Below, in pieces: positions 29,360 through 32,000 of a stretch of DNA of 32,000 nucleotides. The position numbers were made by a program, and so were the translations under genes. Under the pieces are notes generated by a model. It was not told where the DNA came from, did not search any database, and worked only from the letters and a program-made list of their open reading frames with translations. The stretch comes from Xanthomonas campestris pv. campestris str. ATCC 33913 (GTDB taxonomy: Bacteria > Pseudomonadota > Gammaproteobacteria > Xanthomonadales > Xanthomonadaceae), in contig NC_003902.1 in NCBI RefSeq assembly GCF_000007145.1, forward strand, positions 2,996,497 through 3,028,496. The letters are read 5' to 3'. How positions within the stretch are numbered: position 1 is the stretch's first letter; every line of letters starts with the position of its first letter.

Positions 29360-30455
29360 CGGCCTGACCGGGAATCAGCGGCGACACCTCGCCCACGTCG
29401 CCGCATTGGGCGCGATGGCGCAAGGCCTGGTCCATCAATACCAGCGCCATCATGGCCTCGGCGATCGGCGTGGCACGGATGCCCACGCACGGGTCATGGC
29501 GCCCGGTGGTGATGACATCCACCACGGCGCCGTCGGCATCCACGGTGGCGCCGGGCAGCCGCAGGCTGGAGGTCGGCTTGAGCACCATCGAGGCGGTGAC
29601 CGCCTGCCCGGTGGAAATGCCGCCGAGAATGCCGCCGGCGTGATTGCTGAGGAAGCCTTCCGGGGTGATCAGATCGCGGTGTTCGGTGCCCTTCTGCGCG
29701 GCACTGGCGAAGCCATCGCCAATCTCCACACCCTTGACCGCATTGATGCTCATCAGCGCCGCGGCCAGTTCGGAATCAAGCTTGCCGTAGATCGGCTCGC
29801 CCCATCCCGGCGGCACGCCACCGGCCACCACGTCCACGCGCGCACCGACCGAGTCACCGGACTTGCGCAGCGCATCCATATAGGTTTCCAGCTCCGGCAC
29901 CTGCGCCGCATGCGGCCAGAAGAACGGGTTGTCTTCCACCGCATCCCAATCAAACCCGCTCGGGCGGATCTCGCCCAACTGCGACAGGAAACCGCGCACC
30001 AGCACGCCGTAGCGCTGCTTGAGCCACTTTTTGGCGATCACGCCGGCGGCCACGCGCATGGTAGTTTCGCGCGCGGACGAGCGCCCGCCACCACGCGGGT
30101 CGCGGATGCCGTACTTCTGCCAATAGGTGTAATCAGCATGCCCGGGGCGGAACTGCTGGGCGATGTTGGTGTAGTCCTTGCTGCGCTGATCGGTGTTGCG
30201 GATCAGCAGCCCGATCGGCGTGCCGGTTGTGCGGCCCTCGTAGACGCCGGACAGGATTTCGATCTCGTCGGCCTCGCGGCGCGCGGAGGTATGCCGGCTC
30301 TTGCCGGTGGCACGCCGCTGCAGGTCGTGGGTGAACTCTTCCGGCGCGATCTCCAGGCCGGGAGGGCAACCGTCGATGACGCAGCCGATCGCCGGCCCAT
30401 GCGATTCGCCGAAAGTGGTGACCGTGAACAAGCGGCCAAAACTGTTACTGCCCAT
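29352..30455 (-). CDS. aroC: Chorismate synthase
   Basis: 367-aa ORF: [47 protein letters not shown], and a C-terminal [10 protein letters not shown]. Confidence 0.97.
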   Translation of the reverse strand: MGSNSFGRLFTVTTFGESHGPAIGCVIDGCPPGLEIAPEEFTHDLQRRATGKSRHTSARREADEIEILSGVYEGRTTGTPIGLLIRNTDQRSKDYTNIAQQFRPGHADYTYWQKYGIRDPRGGGRSSARETTMRVAAGVIAKKWLKQRYGVLVRGFLSQLGEIRPSGFDWDAVEDNPFFWPHAAQVPELETYMDALRKSGDSVGARVDVVAGGVPPGWGEPIYGKLDSELAAALMSINAVKGVEIGDGFASAAQKGTEHRDLITPEGFLSNHAGGILGGISTGQAVTASMVLKPTSSLRLPGATVDADGAVVDVITTGRHDPCVGIRATPIAEAMMALVLMDQALRHRAQCGDVGEVSPLIPGQADV

Positions 30456-30933
30456 GACGGCATCCTTTCAACATCTCTGCAGGCTGCAGCGCGTGCAGCA
30501 TGCGCGGCAGGTGACGTGCGGCGACCAGCATCGGCGCCACTGCCAGCACACCACTTGCCACGAGCAGGAACACGCCCAGCCGGGCGTGGCCGCTGAGCAA
30601 CCAGTTGGCCAGCAAATGCACCGCCACGCCCATCCCGACCAGCAGGCCAAAGGCCACAATCCAGCTGCGGCGCCGATGCGCACGTAATGTGGCATCCGAA
30701 CTGGTGGTCACGACCCAGGCACAGACGAGTCCGAAAAATGCCATGGACCCGAAGGTGATTTCTGCAGCGGCACTGGCCCAGCGCTGAAGTGCCGGGCCGC
30801 CGTACATCGGGTCGAACAACCGAAACACCACATCGAGCAATCCGAACGGAATGCACATGCCGAGCACGGACACCGGCACCAGCAGCACGATGTCGCTCAG
30901 ATGTGGCCGGTGCGTGCGTGCCTCAGCGCGCAC
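30445..30933 (-). CDS. Hypothetical small integral membrane protein (about 4 TM)
   Basis: 162-aa ORF bridging prmB and aroC, overlapping both ends. Hydrophobic segments: [81 protein letters not shown]-ending codons in the sampled stretch. Start uncertain (30933, or 30858 at MCIPFG). Confidence 0.6.
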   Translation of the reverse strand: MRAEARTHRPHLSDIVLLVPVSVLGMCIPFGLLDVVFRLFDPMYGGPALQRWASAAAEITFGSMAFFGLVCAWVVTTSSDATLRAHRRRSWIVAFGLLVGMGVAVHLLANWLLSGHARLGVFLLVASGVLAVAPMLVAARHLPRMLHALQPAEMLKGCRHGQ

Positions 30934-31849
30934 TGGCCAGCTCGGTGATGCGCGCGCTGTGTGCGATCAACTCGCGGCATTCGACCGCGAAGATGCCCAT
31001 CTGGCCGACCTTGAACTCGACCCAGGCGAAATCCACTTCCGGCAGCAGCTTGATCAGGTGCTGCTCGGACTCGCCCACTTCACAGATCAGCAGGCCGTCT
31101 TCGCTGAGGTGCTGCGGCGCATCGCGCAGGATCTTCAGCACCAGATCCAGGCCATCGTCGCCCGCACGCAGGCCGAGTTCCGGCTCGTAGGAATATTCCT
31201 GCGGCAGCGCGTCGGTTTCGTCGTTGGTGACATACGGCGGATTGGTCACGATCAGGTCGTACTGCCGCCCGGCCAGACCGGTGAACAGATCGGATTTGAG
31301 CAGGCTGACGTTGTCGGCATGCAGGCGCGCCTTGTTCTCGGCGGCCAGCGCCAGCGCGTCATCGCTGATGTCCACGCCGTCCACGTCCCAATGCGGGTTG
31401 TAGTGGCCCATCGCGATGGCGATGCAGCCGGAGCCGGTGCACAGGTCCAGCGCGCGGGTCACTTCGCGGCCGCCCAGCCAGGGCTCGAAGCCCGCTTCGA
31501 TCAGCTCGGCGATCGGCGAACGCGGCACCAGTGCGCGCGCATCGCTCTTGAAACTCAGCCCGGCAAACCAGGCCTCGCCGGTGAGATATGCCGCCGGCAC
31601 GCGCTCGTCGACGCGGCGCTGGAACAGTGCCAGCACGCGCTCTTTTTCTGCGCGCAGCAGGCGTGCCTGGCCATAGGCCGGGCCCAGATCGTGCGGCAGG
31701 TGCAGGCTGTGCAGGACCAGCTGCGTGGCTTCGTCCAGCGCGTTGTCGTAGCTGTGGCCGAAGGTGAGACCGGCCTCGTTGAAACGGCTGGTGCCGTAGC
31801 GGATCAGGTCGATGATGGTGTGCAGTTCGTCGGCCGCGGCGGCAGTCAT
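30923..31849 (-). CDS. prmB: Ribosomal protein L3 glutamine N5-methyltransferase
   Basis: 308-aa ORF. SAM-binding DLCTGSGCIAI. Catalytic NPPY (IVTNPPYV). PrmB-type N-terminal domain. Adjacent to aroC as in E. coli. Confidence 0.92.
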   Translation of the reverse strand: MTAAAADELHTIIDLIRYGTSRFNEAGLTFGHSYDNALDEATQLVLHSLHLPHDLGPAYGQARLLRAEKERVLALFQRRVDERVPAAYLTGEAWFAGLSFKSDARALVPRSPIAELIEAGFEPWLGGREVTRALDLCTGSGCIAIAMGHYNPHWDVDGVDISDDALALAAENKARLHADNVSLLKSDLFTGLAGRQYDLIVTNPPYVTNDETDALPQEYSYEPELGLRAGDDGLDLVLKILRDAPQHLSEDGLLICEVGESEQHLIKLLPEVDFAWVEFKVGQMGIFAVECRELIAHSARITELASAR

Positions 31850-31929
31850 GGCAACAACTAAGAAGTGTTCGGCCCCCGATTATAGAGGTCGGATCGGTAT
31901 CATGAGCGTCCGTTGCACTGGAAACCGCC

Positions 31930-32000
31930 ATGTTCAATCGCAATACCGGCATCGTGCTGCTGGTGGCGCTGGCCGCCGGGCTAGGCCTGTTGCTGGGCCA
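31930..32000 (+). CDS. N-terminus of an exported or membrane protein (partial; first 23 codons only)
   Basis: ATG at 31930 gives MFNRNTGIVLLVALAAGLGLLLG..., a signal-peptide or TM-like start divergent from prmB. Too short to assign. Confidence 0.35.
   Translation, partial: MFNRNTGIVLLVALAAGLGLLLG

Overview
High-GC gammaproteobacterial chromosome segment. Gene content and order look Xanthomonas/Lysobacteraceae-like, which is inference because no database was consulted. It is densely packed and almost entirely minus-strand, with many ATGA/TGATG start-stop overlaps. Left to right: nuoG (partial)-F-E-D-C-B-A, tRNA-Leu(GAG), secG, tpiA. Then an ~8 kb accessory-looking block: an SDR, a single low-GC polytopic membrane protein, a four-gene envelope c-di-GMP module, a 2OG-Fe(II) oxygenase and a candidate 29-codon sORF. 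Then glmM, accD, trpA, an orphan exported protein wedged between trpB and trpA, trpB, a divergent TrpI-like LysR regulator, trpF, truA, a VOC-fold protein, fimV, a tandem REP-doublet array, asd, a 2-hydroxyacid dehydrogenase, aroC, a small membrane protein, prmB, and the first 24 codons of a plus-strand gene. I saw no cas genes, integrase, transposase, toxin-antitoxin or recognisable phage-defence genes. The best candidate for an undescribed system is the translationally coupled operon at 10723-15078. It encodes an exported amicyanin-like blue-copper protein, a membrane receptor with a degenerate GGDEF and an intact EAL domain, a DUF3034-like outer-membrane barrel, and a lipoprotein truncated haemoglobin with an apolar distal pocket. 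This suggests a periplasmic redox, gas or metal input to c-di-GMP turnover. All family assignments come from reading motifs in the translations; no searches were run.
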